This document shows, piece after piece, positions 1-9,955 of a stretch of DNA of 58,278 nucleotides. The translations under genes and the position numbers were made by a program. Position 1 is the first letter of the stretch; every line of letters starts with the position of its first letter. A model generated the notes under the pieces. The model saw only the letters and a program-made list of their open reading frames with translations, searched no databases and was not told the origin of the DNA. The stretch is from Clostridia bacterium (GTDB lineage: Bacteria > Bacillota > Clostridia > Christensenellales > UMGS416): positions 1 through 58,278 of the forward strand of contig DAOWFX010000015.1 in NCBI GenBank assembly GCA_030637745.1, given 5' to 3'.

Positions 1-560
1 CACACCTTAAGTGCAAAGTCCATCTCTGTGCCTGTGAAGCTCTCAGGGGAAAATTCAAATCGAATATCCGTGTCTACATCTTTTGCAAGTGCACAGACTA
101 ATTGCGCACTGTTTACTGCCATATCAATCATCTCTTGCTTACTCTTTTTGAAGACTACTTTGCGTTGCGCTGTCGATGTTGATAGATAGAAATGCATGAT
201 AGCCTTCTTGTAGCCTTCCAACGCTTCATAGGTTTTGCGAATCAAGTGCTCTCGCGACTGTGTGAGTACTTGCACTGTTATATCATTATTCACCATACCA
301 CTATCAAGTAGTGTACGCATGAAGTTAAAGTCTGTTTCAGAAGCTGATGGAAAAGCTGTTTCTATTTCCTTAAACCCCATATCGGAAAGCAGCTTGAAGT
401 ATGCAAGCTTCTTCTTTGTACCCATGGGTGTTGGCAGTGCTTGATTGCCATCTCTTAAGTCTACAGAGCACCACATCGGTGCTTTTGTAATGGTTTTTGA
501 TGGCCACACTCTATTGGGCAGATCTATTGTCTTATAGGGTTGATATTTTTTGTAATCCAT
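1..560 (-). CDS. leuA: 2-isopropylmalate synthase (yeast/mycobacterial-type LeuA); N-terminal part, runs off the window start
   Basis: Manual translation from ATG at 560 (GGAGG RBS): MDYKKYQPYKTIDLPNRVWPSKTITKAPMWCSVDLRDGNQALPTPM; also FEFSPESF; Leu T-box upstream. Confidence 0.95.
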   Translation of the reverse strand, partial: MDYKKYQPYKTIDLPNRVWPSKTITKAPMWCSVDLRDGNQALPTPMGTKKKLAYFKLLSDMGFKEIETAFPSASETDFNFMRTLLDSGMVNNDITVQVLTQSREHLIRKTYEALEGYKKAIMHFYLSTSTAQRKVVFKKSKQEMIDMAVNSAQLVCALAKDVDTDIRFEFSPESFTGTEMDFALKV

Positions 561-689
561 ACTTGTACCTCCAAAAAGTTTTGTGCAAAAACTTAGCTAG
601 TTTGAGCAGTGGGAGTGCTTTGTGGCAACAATAATGTAGAAAGTTTTAGCTTTCTTATTCATTGTGCCCTGTGGTTTTTTAAACCATAT

Positions 690-1090
690 AAAAAGTCCCT
701 TCATCAAATCAGATAATAAAATTATCTCATAGAGACGAAGGGACTTAACTCCGCGGTACCACTCTGGTTCGTTCATCATCCTAAGCTGTAAGACTTAACA
801 TACTCAAACTATATAGTCTGATTAAAACGCACTTTGGTAGATATCGATGCAATGATATTAAAAAACTTCTATCATTAAGACAGAAGTTGCTTCTTACCAC
901 TTAAAAATTATACGGGCATTGTTGCCGATATCTTGCCCGTGTAACGTTGGGCCTGACGTTATCTCCTATCATTGCTTTCAGAGATACGACTCATGAACGA
1001 GTTCTGCTTCCATTTCCACACTGCCTTGCACCATCCGGCAGCTCTCTTGGTGGTATGAGATGCATAATACTTTCAATCAAAGTCTTTTGA
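690..1090 (-). promoter_or_regulatory. T-box riboswitch, Leu (CUC) specifier, with intrinsic terminator
   Basis: Minus strand: AGAGAGC..GGTGCAA stem I motifs, GAA-CTC specifier (CTC at 999-1001), T-box ACCAGAGTGGTACCGCGG (~751-768), terminator AGTCCCTTC...GAAGGGACT-TTTT (~691-746). Confidence 0.92.
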
Positions 1091-1178
1091 TATTGTTTGC
1101 ATTTTATAATAGTATCGGTTTTTTGTCAAGGAAGGTTGAGTATCAAAGAATCTTTCTTTACATAGGATTCCGTTCATC

Positions 1179-3053
1179 CTACTTTTTTCTCTTCCCTCTC
1201 TTTTGATAGTTTCTTGGATTGCTTTTGCGCGTCTTGGCTTCTAAAAAGTCTTTTTCCTTCTTCTTTTCTTCCTTTTTCTCATCCGGTACGAGGCATTTGG
1301 GCCCATATCCAATGAGGTCTTCTCTGCCTGCTTGGGTCAGTGCTTTTCTGACTAAAGCATGATTCTTCCTCATGCGATACTGCAGCAATGCGCGTTGCAT
1401 TCTTTTCTCTTCGCCCTTGGGTACGTAGATGGGTTTCATGTTTCTTGGATCAATACCGGTGAAATACATACAGGTTGAAATGGTGCCGGGTGTCGGGTAG
1501 AAATCCTGCACTTGCTCTGGTGCTATCTTCATATCGCGCATGGTGCATGCAAGCTCTATAGCAGCATTTAAATCGCTCCCCGGATGTGATGAAATAAAGT
1601 AAGGCACTAAATACTGTTCTTTTTTCATCTTTCGGTTACTATCATCAAAGCTTTTTGTAAACTTTTTGAATGTTTCAAAAGATGGCTTTCCCATAGCAGA
1701 CAATACCTTGCGACTCACATGCTCAGGGGCTACCTTCAACTGTCCACTGATGTGATGCTTGCTTAGTTGATTCAGGAATTCTTTACCGTTTCTATCCTCC
1801 AACAGATAGTCATAGCGCAGTCCTGAACGCACAAAGACTTTCTTCACTTCAGGTAACATGCGAATCAGCTTGAGTAACTTTAGATAATCGCTATGGTCTG
1901 CTTCAATTTCGCTACAAACATTAGGATGCATGCACTGTCGGTTTGAACAGGTACCTTGTGTCAATTGTTTTTCACATGAGGGCTTTCTGAAATTGGCTGT
2001 AGGTCCTCCAACATCGTGTATGATGCCTTTAAACTTGGGTTGCTTTATTAGTAAATCAACTTCGCGCATTATAGATTCGTGACTCCGTGCGACAACCACT
2101 CTGCCTTGATGAAAATGGAGTGCGCAAAATGAACATCCACCAAAGCAACCTCGTGCGCTGGTGATGGAAAACTCAACCTCGTTGAGTGCAGGTACGCCCC
2201 CTTGCTTTTCATACATAGGATGATAGGTGCGCATATATGGCAATTCGTAGATGGCATCCAACTGTTTTGTAGTCATCTGCTTTTGTGGCGGGTTTTGTAC
2301 GACATATTTTCGGTGTTGCATTTGCACAATAGGTTTTCCATAGATGGCATCTTGCTGTGCATGATACCTTATAAATGATGACGCAAATGCCCTGCCACCC
2401 TTTTTAACATCGTTGAATGAATCTAAGAACACACTATCCTTTGCAGGTGCTTCAATGAAATTGCATGTGCCTCGAATTCCTTTAATAGATGAAAGCGGTA
2501 CTCCACGATCCAGTAACTTTGCAACCTGCACGATGGCCAGCTCTCCCATACCATATACCAACAAATCAGCGCCGGAGTCTTCCAAGATGGCATGATGTAC
2601 TTTGTCGGTGATGTAATCATAATGTGCAAAACGCCGAAGTGATGCTTCCACTCCACCGATGATTATGGGTGTGTTTTTGTATGCTTGTTTGATGAGATTA
2701 CTATAGACTATGGTGGCGCGATCAGGTCGTAGCCCCATCTTCCCACCGGGTGCATAGGCGTCTTTTTTGCGTCTTTTTTTGTTAACGGTGAAGTGGTTGA
2801 CCATGGAATCCATATTCCCTGAAGATACTAAAAAGCCAAAGCGCGGCGCGCCGAAGACCTTAACACTCTCTACGTTCTTATAATCGGGAAGTGCAATTAT
2901 TGCAACCTTATATCCTGCATCTTCAAGCACTCTTGTTATAATGGCATGTCCAAAACTGGGGTGGTCTACATAGGCTTCGCCTGATACAAAAATAAAGTCA
3001 GGTCTATCCCAGCCTAGTGCGTTCATTTCTTTTATTGTGGTTGGTAAAAACAT
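1179..3053 (-). CDS. YgiQ family radical SAM protein (UPF0313)
   Basis: MFLPTT..GEAYVDHPSFG N-terminus; CFGGCSFC radical SAM motif; QVQDFYPTP. Confidence 0.93.
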   Translation of the reverse strand: MFLPTTIKEMNALGWDRPDFIFVSGEAYVDHPSFGHAIITRVLEDAGYKVAIIALPDYKNVESVKVFGAPRFGFLVSSGNMDSMVNHFTVNKKRRKKDAYAPGGKMGLRPDRATIVYSNLIKQAYKNTPIIIGGVEASLRRFAHYDYITDKVHHAILEDSGADLLVYGMGELAIVQVAKLLDRGVPLSSIKGIRGTCNFIEAPAKDSVFLDSFNDVKKGGRAFASSFIRYHAQQDAIYGKPIVQMQHRKYVVQNPPQKQMTTKQLDAIYELPYMRTYHPMYEKQGGVPALNEVEFSITSARGCFGGCSFCALHFHQGRVVVARSHESIMREVDLLIKQPKFKGIIHDVGGPTANFRKPSCEKQLTQGTCSNRQCMHPNVCSEIEADHSDYLKLLKLIRMLPEVKKVFVRSGLRYDYLLEDRNGKEFLNQLSKHHISGQLKVAPEHVSRKVLSAMGKPSFETFKKFTKSFDDSNRKMKKEQYLVPYFISSHPGSDLNAAIELACTMRDMKIAPEQVQDFYPTPGTISTCMYFTGIDPRNMKPIYVPKGEEKRMQRALLQYRMRKNHALVRKALTQAGREDLIGYGPKCLVPDEKKEEKKKEKDFLEAKTRKSNPRNYQKRGKRKK

Positions 3054-3154
3054 GAGGCTTATTATACATGATAATTTGCTGAATGTATATTGAACAAAGT
3101 GTGTACTACTGTGTCACAGGAAATAACAGTTTTAATCAATATAAGTATATTTCA

Positions 3155-4072
3155 CTACGCTTTTTTTGTATTGGCTTTTCTTATTACAGGAAGTCCCTTT
3201 TGTGAGAATATATCATAGACTTCTGCCATGTATTCTTTTGTTGGAACATCAAATGTGGTGCCTTTTGCATCCTTGCCCATGGACTCTAGTTTGCCTGCAC
3301 CCAAGCTATGATATGCAAGCGGTTCAACTGCCTGTATATTGTCAAGTTTTAATAGGAAATCTGCAGTCATGTAGAAGTTTTCTATATTATCATTTACACT
3401 TGGTATGACAGGGACTCTTATCAGAATGGGAATGCCTTCTTTGTCTAGTTTCTTTAGATTGCTAAGAATTCTTTTATTGTCTGCGCCTGTGTGCTTTTTG
3501 TGTGCTATGGGATCCATAATCTTTAAGTCATATAAAAATAGGTCTGTATAGGGGATTACTTCTTCAAATGATGTATACGCAACATTGCCTGCTGTGTCAA
3601 CTGCTGTGTGGATTTCATCTTCTTTACATTTGCGCAACACTGAAGCTGTAAATTTACTCTGAAGTAGCGGCTCTCCACCGGAGATCGTAACGCCGCCGTT
3701 TGAATTTTTGTAAAACGCCTTGTCTCTCATGATTTCTTCAAATACTTCATCTACAGTCGTTTTATTGCCTGTAATAATCAAGGCTCCTGAATAACATTCA
3801 TCTGTACAAGTCCCGCATCCGATGCATACACTTCTATCGTAGACTCTTTTGCCATCAACTATAGTGTGAGCATTTTGAGGGCATACATCAAAGCAGCGTC
3901 CGCATCCGATGCATTTTATGAAATGGGTTTGCACTTGTCTTTTTTTTGAGATTGATTCAGGATTATGACACCAAGAACAAGAAAGCGAGCACCCTTTTAG
4001 AAAAACAGTGGTTCTGATTCCCGGACCATCGTAGATTGAAAACTTCTGTATATCAAAAACTACCCCGTTCAC
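3155..4072 (-). CDS. Glycyl-radical enzyme activating enzyme with ferredoxin-like insert
   Basis: DGPGIRTTVFLKGCSLSCSWCHNPES; two CxxCxxCxxxC motifs; GGVTISGGEP; abuts the GRE gene. Confidence 0.95.
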   Translation of the reverse strand: MNGVVFDIQKFSIYDGPGIRTTVFLKGCSLSCSWCHNPESISKKRQVQTHFIKCIGCGRCFDVCPQNAHTIVDGKRVYDRSVCIGCGTCTDECYSGALIITGNKTTVDEVFEEIMRDKAFYKNSNGGVTISGGEPLLQSKFTASVLRKCKEDEIHTAVDTAGNVAYTSFEEVIPYTDLFLYDLKIMDPIAHKKHTGADNKRILSNLKKLDKEGIPILIRVPVIPSVNDNIENFYMTADFLLKLDNIQAVEPLAYHSLGAGKLESMGKDAKGTTFDVPTKEYMAEVYDIFSQKGLPVIRKANTKKA

Positions 4073-6259
4073 TTACAGGCCTTCTACAATTCTATCGACA
4101 ACCAATTGCCTAAAATCAGTTGAAAGACTGGCGAAGTACGCACTAAAACCAGTAACTCTAACGATAAGATTTGGATACTTTGCAGGATCCTTATGTGCTG
4201 CTAGTATCTTTTCCTTGTTAATGATATTGATATTCAATAATGTACCGCCCATATCCATGAAAGTGGATATGAAGGAAGAAACCAAACCAACACCGCCTTC
4301 ATCGATTCCAAAATGCGGATCAAATTCAAGCTGAAGTGGTGCTGTGTTTCCGTAGCCACATTGAACGGATGCTACGGCATTTGCAAGGCCTGTTGGTGTA
4401 TCTGCTTTTGAAAATCCAGGATGCGGATTGGCACCATGGTTAATCGGCCTTCCTGCTTTTCTTCCATCAGGGCTTGCACCGACAACTTTACCCATGGGAA
4501 TTGTATTAGCCCACGAGAACAAGCCGGGCATCAAATTCCTGCCATTGGGTGTGGGTTTTGCTTTGACTAGGGAAGAAAATGTTTCTGATAGCCTGACTGC
4601 GTATTCATCCGACTTTGATCCACCGGAACCATACTTTGCAACACTATGAAGCATCAACCGTTCTCTTTCTGCGCCTTCATAATCAGTCTCCAATAACTTC
4701 ATCATCTCGTTCCATGAAAACTCTTTACCATCTCCAACCATCGCATCGATCGCGCCAAGAGAATCTGCTACTGTCGCAATTCCCGCACCATCAACACACA
4801 TATTGTAGTGCTCTACACTTCCATGACTAATATCAATGCCTTTTTCAATCGGTCCATGGCACAAGAGGTTGAGTACAAGCTCCGGGAAAACTTTGTGCAT
4901 GTGTTCTATATGAAAATCAATGCCTTCTGCAATTGTTGCGATTGCAATCTCTAAATGTTTGCTATAATTCTCATATAAACCTTCTGCAGATGGGTTTTGT
5001 GGTAGATTTTCATAGTACTCTTTTAGCGCAACATCAAAAACTGCAAGGAAATTTACCTTGACGATATCATTCAATGTATATTCAGTCCCCGGAAGTGCAC
5101 ACCAGTGACATCCTGTTTTGGTTCGCATGCGTGCCATTTCCAGAGAATATCCGTTTTTCATAAAGCCTTCATTCATGGACTCGTCACCCAGATATGCAGG
5201 CGTTCCCAACTGATCTTCAAATAGGTACTTGACCGATAGTTTCATTATTTCTGGATTAATATTCTTATGTGTCCGCAAGCAAATGCTTGTTGGGATTTTA
5301 ATTCTATGGGCAGCTTCTATCATAAAGAAAGAAATGTCATTGGTTCTATCATTCCCATCAAGATCCGTACCACAAATCTGATAATATTGATTGTCTTTAA
5401 CTAACAAACATGCAATATGGAAAATGGCTTCCTCATCGTCAATACGCCCTAATTTTTTATCTTTTAGATAGTATGGGTACAAATAATCATCAATCGCACC
5501 GCCTGCACCACTATAGTTATACATTACAGCAGCCATGAGAAACCATGCTATCCACTGAACCGCTTCAAGAAAGGTCTCCGGAGGCTTGCTAACAATATTT
5601 TCATTGGCTATCGCCATTTTCAAAAGACTTTCCTTGATCTCAGGTCTATCTTCCTTTGCTGCCATCTCATAGGCTGCGTCTGCATGCCTTTGGATCCAGT
5701 TTTGAATGCCAAGGAATACGTCTCTTTCAGCATTGTAAAAATCCGATTTGCTCTCATCGTGAATTTCTTGATATTTATCTATTTTCTTTAACAGGCCACC
5801 AAAACCAAGTTCTAATCCCATATCAAAGTCTATATTGAAATGCTGCATTCCGCCGATACCGGATACGATATCATATCTCTTTTGGCGTTCATGTAGGTGG
5901 GAATAGTCAAATTGAGGATCCCACAGAGGTCTTTTGATGTCAAAAAAACTATGCATCCAACCGCCTGCAAGCGAACTCATAGGATCAATATAAATAGGAT
6001 GTGTGTCAAGCAGTTTCCTGTAATTCTTCCCGCAGAGGTAATTCCCCATGAATCGTCCCTCTGGTGTGTTTGTTTCCGGCTCAAAAATAAAATCGGCAGG
6101 AGGTGTAATCAGCCCTTTGTCATCCATGTCCCAGTAACCATCGGTGCCATCTCTTTTCTGTTTTTCAAGCGTATGGATACCCTTAAGCTTGTTGATTGCA
6201 TCCATTCTATCTTGATATGTTAGTCTCTTACTCAAAACCATTTCCTCCGCCGTAGACAT
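4073..6259 (-). CDS. Glycyl-radical enzyme (PFL superfamily), substrate unknown
   Basis: C-terminal LIVRVTGFSAYF Gly loop; VGASPDGRKAG; Cys loop TGCHWC; start may be TTG at ~6235 (GGAGG RBS). Confidence 0.93.
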   Translation of the reverse strand: MSTAEEMVLSKRLTYQDRMDAINKLKGIHTLEKQKRDGTDGYWDMDDKGLITPPADFIFEPETNTPEGRFMGNYLCGKNYRKLLDTHPIYIDPMSSLAGGWMHSFFDIKRPLWDPQFDYSHLHERQKRYDIVSGIGGMQHFNIDFDMGLELGFGGLLKKIDKYQEIHDESKSDFYNAERDVFLGIQNWIQRHADAAYEMAAKEDRPEIKESLLKMAIANENIVSKPPETFLEAVQWIAWFLMAAVMYNYSGAGGAIDDYLYPYYLKDKKLGRIDDEEAIFHIACLLVKDNQYYQICGTDLDGNDRTNDISFFMIEAAHRIKIPTSICLRTHKNINPEIMKLSVKYLFEDQLGTPAYLGDESMNEGFMKNGYSLEMARMRTKTGCHWCALPGTEYTLNDIVKVNFLAVFDVALKEYYENLPQNPSAEGLYENYSKHLEIAIATIAEGIDFHIEHMHKVFPELVLNLLCHGPIEKGIDISHGSVEHYNMCVDGAGIATVADSLGAIDAMVGDGKEFSWNEMMKLLETDYEGAERERLMLHSVAKYGSGGSKSDEYAVRLSETFSSLVKAKPTPNGRNLMPGLFSWANTIPMGKVVGASPDGRKAGRPINHGANPHPGFSKADTPTGLANAVASVQCGYGNTAPLQLEFDPHFGIDEGGVGLVSSFISTFMDMGGTLLNINIINKEKILAAHKDPAKYPNLIVRVTGFSAYFASLSTDFRQLVVDRIVEGL

Positions 6260-6319
6260 CTATTTTATTTTATTTACTTGATGCTACATGCAACACGCAG
6301 GTATATTTTCGCTATATAT

Positions 6320-7006
6320 CTATTTATCGAACTTTTTGTACTCATTGCATAGTGGGTGAATAATTGCTTCATCTTCGTCGATTTCAGAAAAACGTCCCAT
6401 CTCTAGTGCAAAGTGATTGTCCACATTGTCATCATTGACTGATGATACTTCGCCAACGACCAAATCGCCTGCGCCTTTTTTGGCCCAGAACAAGTGATAC
6501 ATCCGTGGTGTGAGTGAAATACTGTTGCCGTTGGTGACTTCTACCACTTCGCCTGCCTTGACAGTGTGCTGGATGCCATCCATGTAAACTATAACATCAC
6601 TATCATAATCCACTGTGTTATCATCGTGTGCATTGTATAATTGAAGCGCTAAGATGCCACCGGATCTATTAATGATATCTTCTGTTTTTGAATAATGAAA
6701 ATGCAACGGAAGGCTCTGCCCATCGTGCAATAATATTAGCTTTTCTGCATATGGTGTTCCAATAGATGAATCCTGTTGGTCACCGTTTCTGACGGTAAAT
6801 AATACGCCACCGAGTTCATCGTATTTGTCCATGTGATAGTCTGTAATATCCCAACCCAGCATGGTTTTTGTGATGGATTGTGTGCCGGCGAGGCACTTTT
6901 GCCATTCTGTTTTCTTAAAATGTGCAAACACCGGAAGGTTGATATTGTGTTTGGCAACTAAGTTTTTTGCCCACTCAATTTCTCTGTTGATTAATGATCT
7001 TTTCAT
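6320..7006 (-). CDS. D-lyxose/D-mannose family sugar isomerase (cupin)
   Basis: MKRS.IN, GWDITD, YAEK, PLHFHYSKTEDIINR and GEVSSVNDD motifs. Confidence 0.88.
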   Translation of the reverse strand: MKRSLINREIEWAKNLVAKHNINLPVFAHFKKTEWQKCLAGTQSITKTMLGWDITDYHMDKYDELGGVLFTVRNGDQQDSSIGTPYAEKLILLHDGQSLPLHFHYSKTEDIINRSGGILALQLYNAHDDNTVDYDSDVIVYMDGIQHTVKAGEVVEVTNGNSISLTPRMYHLFWAKKGAGDLVVGEVSSVNDDNVDNHFALEMGRFSEIDEDEAIIHPLCNEYKKFDK

Positions 7007-7126
7007 GTTATCTCCTTTAAAAGAAAACGTTCGTGCTTATTTGTGGTTTATTTTATCAATAGTTGTGTTTTTTTTCAATACAAATATACGCTTCAAGTGG
7101 TATAATAATGTTATAAAAAATTGTAG

Positions 7127-8176
7127 GTGGACAATATGCAAAAAACAATGAAAGCACTTGTAAAAAAATACCCCAAACAAGGACTGTGGCTTGAAGAAGT
7201 ACCCGTTCCTGAAATCGGGATGCACGATGTGCTGGTGAAGGTAATGAAGACTTCTATCTGTGGCACGGATGTACATATATATAATTGGGATGAATGGTCT
7301 CAAAAGACCATCCCTGTACCCATGACTATCGGGCATGAGTTCGTAGGCAGGATTGTTGCCTTGGGAAGCGATGTACATGACTTTGAAATCGGTGATATCG
7401 TATCAGCAGAAGGACACTTGGTATGTGGAAAATGCAGAAACTGCCTTGCAGGTAGGCGACATTTATGTCACTTAACAAAAGGCATTGGTGTGAATCGCTC
7501 AGGCGCTTATGCAGAGTTTATAAGTGTACCGGTCACGAACATTTGGCTATGTGCACCTGATATTGACACAGACATCATCAGCTGTTTTGACCCTCTGGGA
7601 AATGCAGTGCATACAGCCCTTGCATTTGATGTACTGGGAGAGGATGTCCTCATCACCGGGGCAGGCCCTATCGGCATCATGGCCATGGCTATTGCAAAAC
7701 ATGCCGGCGCGCGCTATGTGGTAATCACAGATATCAATCCATATCGCTTAGAGCTTGCTGAAAAGATGGGTGCCACCTTGACTGTGGATGTACGGACTGC
7801 ATCCATCGGAGATGCAATGCAAAAACTAGGAATGAAGGAAGGCTTTGATGTGGGCATGGAGATGTCGGGGAATCCAAAGGCATTTTCTGATATGTTAGAT
7901 AGCATGTGCCACGGTGGGAAAATCTCATTGTTGGGCATACATCCACCTGCAACACATATTGATTGGACCAAAGTAGTCTTCAACGGTATCACCATCATGG
8001 GCATCTACGGTCGTGAAATGTATGAAACATGGTACAAGATGACAGCATTTTTGCAGTCGGGATTGGATATTTCCCCAGTCATTACCCATCGGTACCACTA
8101 CGCTGATTTTCAAAAAGGGTTTGATGTGATGCGTAGCGGCAACTCCGGCAAAGTCATACTCAACTGGGAGGAATAA
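7127..8176 (+). CDS. tdh: L-threonine 3-dehydrogenase (start probably 7136 or 7148)
   Basis: [20 protein letters not shown], Cys4 structural Zn site, [17 protein letters not shown]; adjacent to kbl. Confidence 0.97.
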   Translation: MDNMQKTMKALVKKYPKQGLWLEEVPVPEIGMHDVLVKVMKTSICGTDVHIYNWDEWSQKTIPVPMTIGHEFVGRIVALGSDVHDFEIGDIVSAEGHLVCGKCRNCLAGRRHLCHLTKGIGVNRSGAYAEFISVPVTNIWLCAPDIDTDIISCFDPLGNAVHTALAFDVLGEDVLITGAGPIGIMAMAIAKHAGARYVVITDINPYRLELAEKMGATLTVDVRTASIGDAMQKLGMKEGFDVGMEMSGNPKAFSDMLDSMCHGGKISLLGIHPPATHIDWTKVVFNGITIMGIYGREMYETWYKMTAFLQSGLDISPVITHRYHYADFQKGFDVMRSGNSGKVILNWEE

Positions 8177-8177
8177 T

Positions 8178-9359
8178 ATGAAGAGTGCATATTCAATATT
8201 TAAAAATATCAACCAATCCATCAAGGATGATGGCATGTGGAAGAGCGAACGTATTATCACTACACCCCAAGAAGCCAAGATCGATGTCGTAGGTCAAGAG
8301 GGCTTGCTGAACATGTGCGCCAACAATTACTTGGGGCTTGCAAACAATCAAGAGATCATCCAAGCTGCCAAAGACAGCTATGACATATATGGCTATGGAC
8401 TATCGTCTGTGCGCTTCATCTGCGGTACGCAAAGTGTACACAAAGAGTTAGAGGCGAAGATGAGCGAATTTCTCGGCATGGAAGACACCATACTATACTC
8501 ATCTTGCTTTGATGCAAACACAGGGCTTTTTGAGACACTGTTGGGTGAAGCCGATGCAATCATATCAGATCAATTAAACCATGCCAGTATCATCGACGGT
8601 GTACGCTTGTGCAAAGCTCGACGTTTTCGGTACTTAAACAATGATATGGATGATTTGGAGCAAAAGCTCATCGAGGCAAGAGATTGCAGGATAAAACTCA
8701 TCTGCACCGATGGTGTGTTCTCCATGGATGGAACCATTGCAGATCTTAAGGGCATCTGCGACTTGGCAGAAAAATATGATGCAATAGTGATGGTGGATGA
8801 CAGCCACGCAGTGGGTTTTGTCGGTAAAAATGGAAAAGGCACACCTGAGCACTGCGATGTCATAGGTCGTGTGGATATCATTACCGGCACACTGGGAAAA
8901 GCCTTAGGCGGTGCAAGCGGCGGCTATACATCTGCATCAAAGGTTGTTGTGGATCTTTTGCGCCAACGCTCCCGGCCCTATTTGTTTTCCAATACACTCG
9001 CACCTTCCATCGCAGCTTCTGCGTGCAAGGTGATTGATATGCTATCATCAAGCACTATACTTCGTGACAGGTTAGAAGAAAACACCATGTACTTTAGAGA
9101 CAAGATCAAGAATGCGGGGTTTGACATTAAGGATGGCACCCATCCCATCGTCCCCATCATGCTGTATGATGCACGCATTGCACAGGAAATGGCACAGAAG
9201 ATGCTTCAAAAAGGCGTGTATGTAATTGGATTCTTCTTCCCCGTCGTACCCAAGGGTTTGGCGCGGATTCGTACGCAGATATCGGCTGCTCATAGCAAGG
9301 CGGACTTGGATTTTGCAATTAACGCATTCGTTGAATGTAAAAGTGAAATGGAAATATGA
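8178..9359 (+). CDS. kbl: Glycine C-acetyltransferase (2-amino-3-ketobutyrate CoA ligase)
   Basis: [34 protein letters not shown] (PLP Lys), [11 protein letters not shown]. Confidence 0.97.
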   Translation: MKSAYSIFKNINQSIKDDGMWKSERIITTPQEAKIDVVGQEGLLNMCANNYLGLANNQEIIQAAKDSYDIYGYGLSSVRFICGTQSVHKELEAKMSEFLGMEDTILYSSCFDANTGLFETLLGEADAIISDQLNHASIIDGVRLCKARRFRYLNNDMDDLEQKLIEARDCRIKLICTDGVFSMDGTIADLKGICDLAEKYDAIVMVDDSHAVGFVGKNGKGTPEHCDVIGRVDIITGTLGKALGGASGGYTSASKVVVDLLRQRSRPYLFSNTLAPSIAASACKVIDMLSSSTILRDRLEENTMYFRDKIKNAGFDIKDGTHPIVPIMLYDARIAQEMAQKMLQKGVYVIGFFFPVVPKGLARIRTQISAAHSKADLDFAINAFVECKSEMEI

Positions 9360-9408
9360 TTCGATCAAAATGAAGTGAATTTTGATCGAGGTCTTGAAAA
9401 TGTGTTAC
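9360..9408 (+). repeat. Dispersed hairpin repeat, copy A (inverted partner at 28703-28754)
   Basis: TTCGATCAAAATGAAGTGAATTTTGATCGAGGTCTTGAAAATGTGTTAC aligns with the reverse complement of 28703-28754. Confidence 0.8.
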
Positions 9409-9479
9409 TTCCCTATTGTGTATATTACTATTTTTTATATGCTATAATGACAATGTAATCATATTTTAAGGAGGCTGTT

Positions 9480-9752
9480 ATGACATATGACGTTAAATGC
9501 ATGAAAGACGTTCTTACAAACCTCGACTTTTTGATTGGCTTTACTAATGAAAACTCACTAAAACTACACACACATACAGTAAAAGATATTTGTATCAATT
9601 TAGATAATTACTCAATTAAAGATGTAAAGTACTCATTACTTAAACTAGCAGAAGCAGGATTCATAGAGCTCCATGACCCTAACAATGATATCAATACAGC
9701 TGAGGTTATAAGAATGACCTATGAAGGTCACTGCTTTTTAATCAACGAATAA
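9480..9752 (+). CDS. DUF2513/YjcQ-like small winged-helix protein
   Basis: AAGGAGG RBS; YSLLKLAEAGFI and RMTYEGHCFL patterns; GGAGCT..AGCTCC terminator downstream. Confidence 0.7.
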   Translation: MTYDVKCMKDVLTNLDFLIGFTNENSLKLHTHTVKDICINLDNYSIKDVKYSLLKLAEAGFIELHDPNNDINTAEVIRMTYEGHCFLINE

Positions 9753-9955
9753 GACTAACTGTATAAGGAGCTTTTGGTTATAGCCCAGTAGCTCCTTTTA
9801 ACAAAACATTTTTCGTTTCTCTTGATAATTTCCTAGCTATAGTAAATATTATACCTCTAAGCTTTTCTTTCTAATTTATTAATCAAACGTTTTTCTAATG
9901 CAAGATAATAAAATGGAGCTACCTTGGCAAGATAGCTCCCATTTACTCTCATGTT

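Noticed and set aside
597-779. 60-aa ORF / possible leader peptide upstream of leuA
   Set aside because: It overlaps the T-box antiterminator and terminator, has no RBS, and the T-box already explains regulation
4073-6259. Calling the GRE pyruvate formate-lyase or TdcE because tdh-kbl is adjacent
   Set aside because: It lacks the CC motif, the activase has a ferredoxin insert unlike PflA, and tdh-kbl is divergently transcribed
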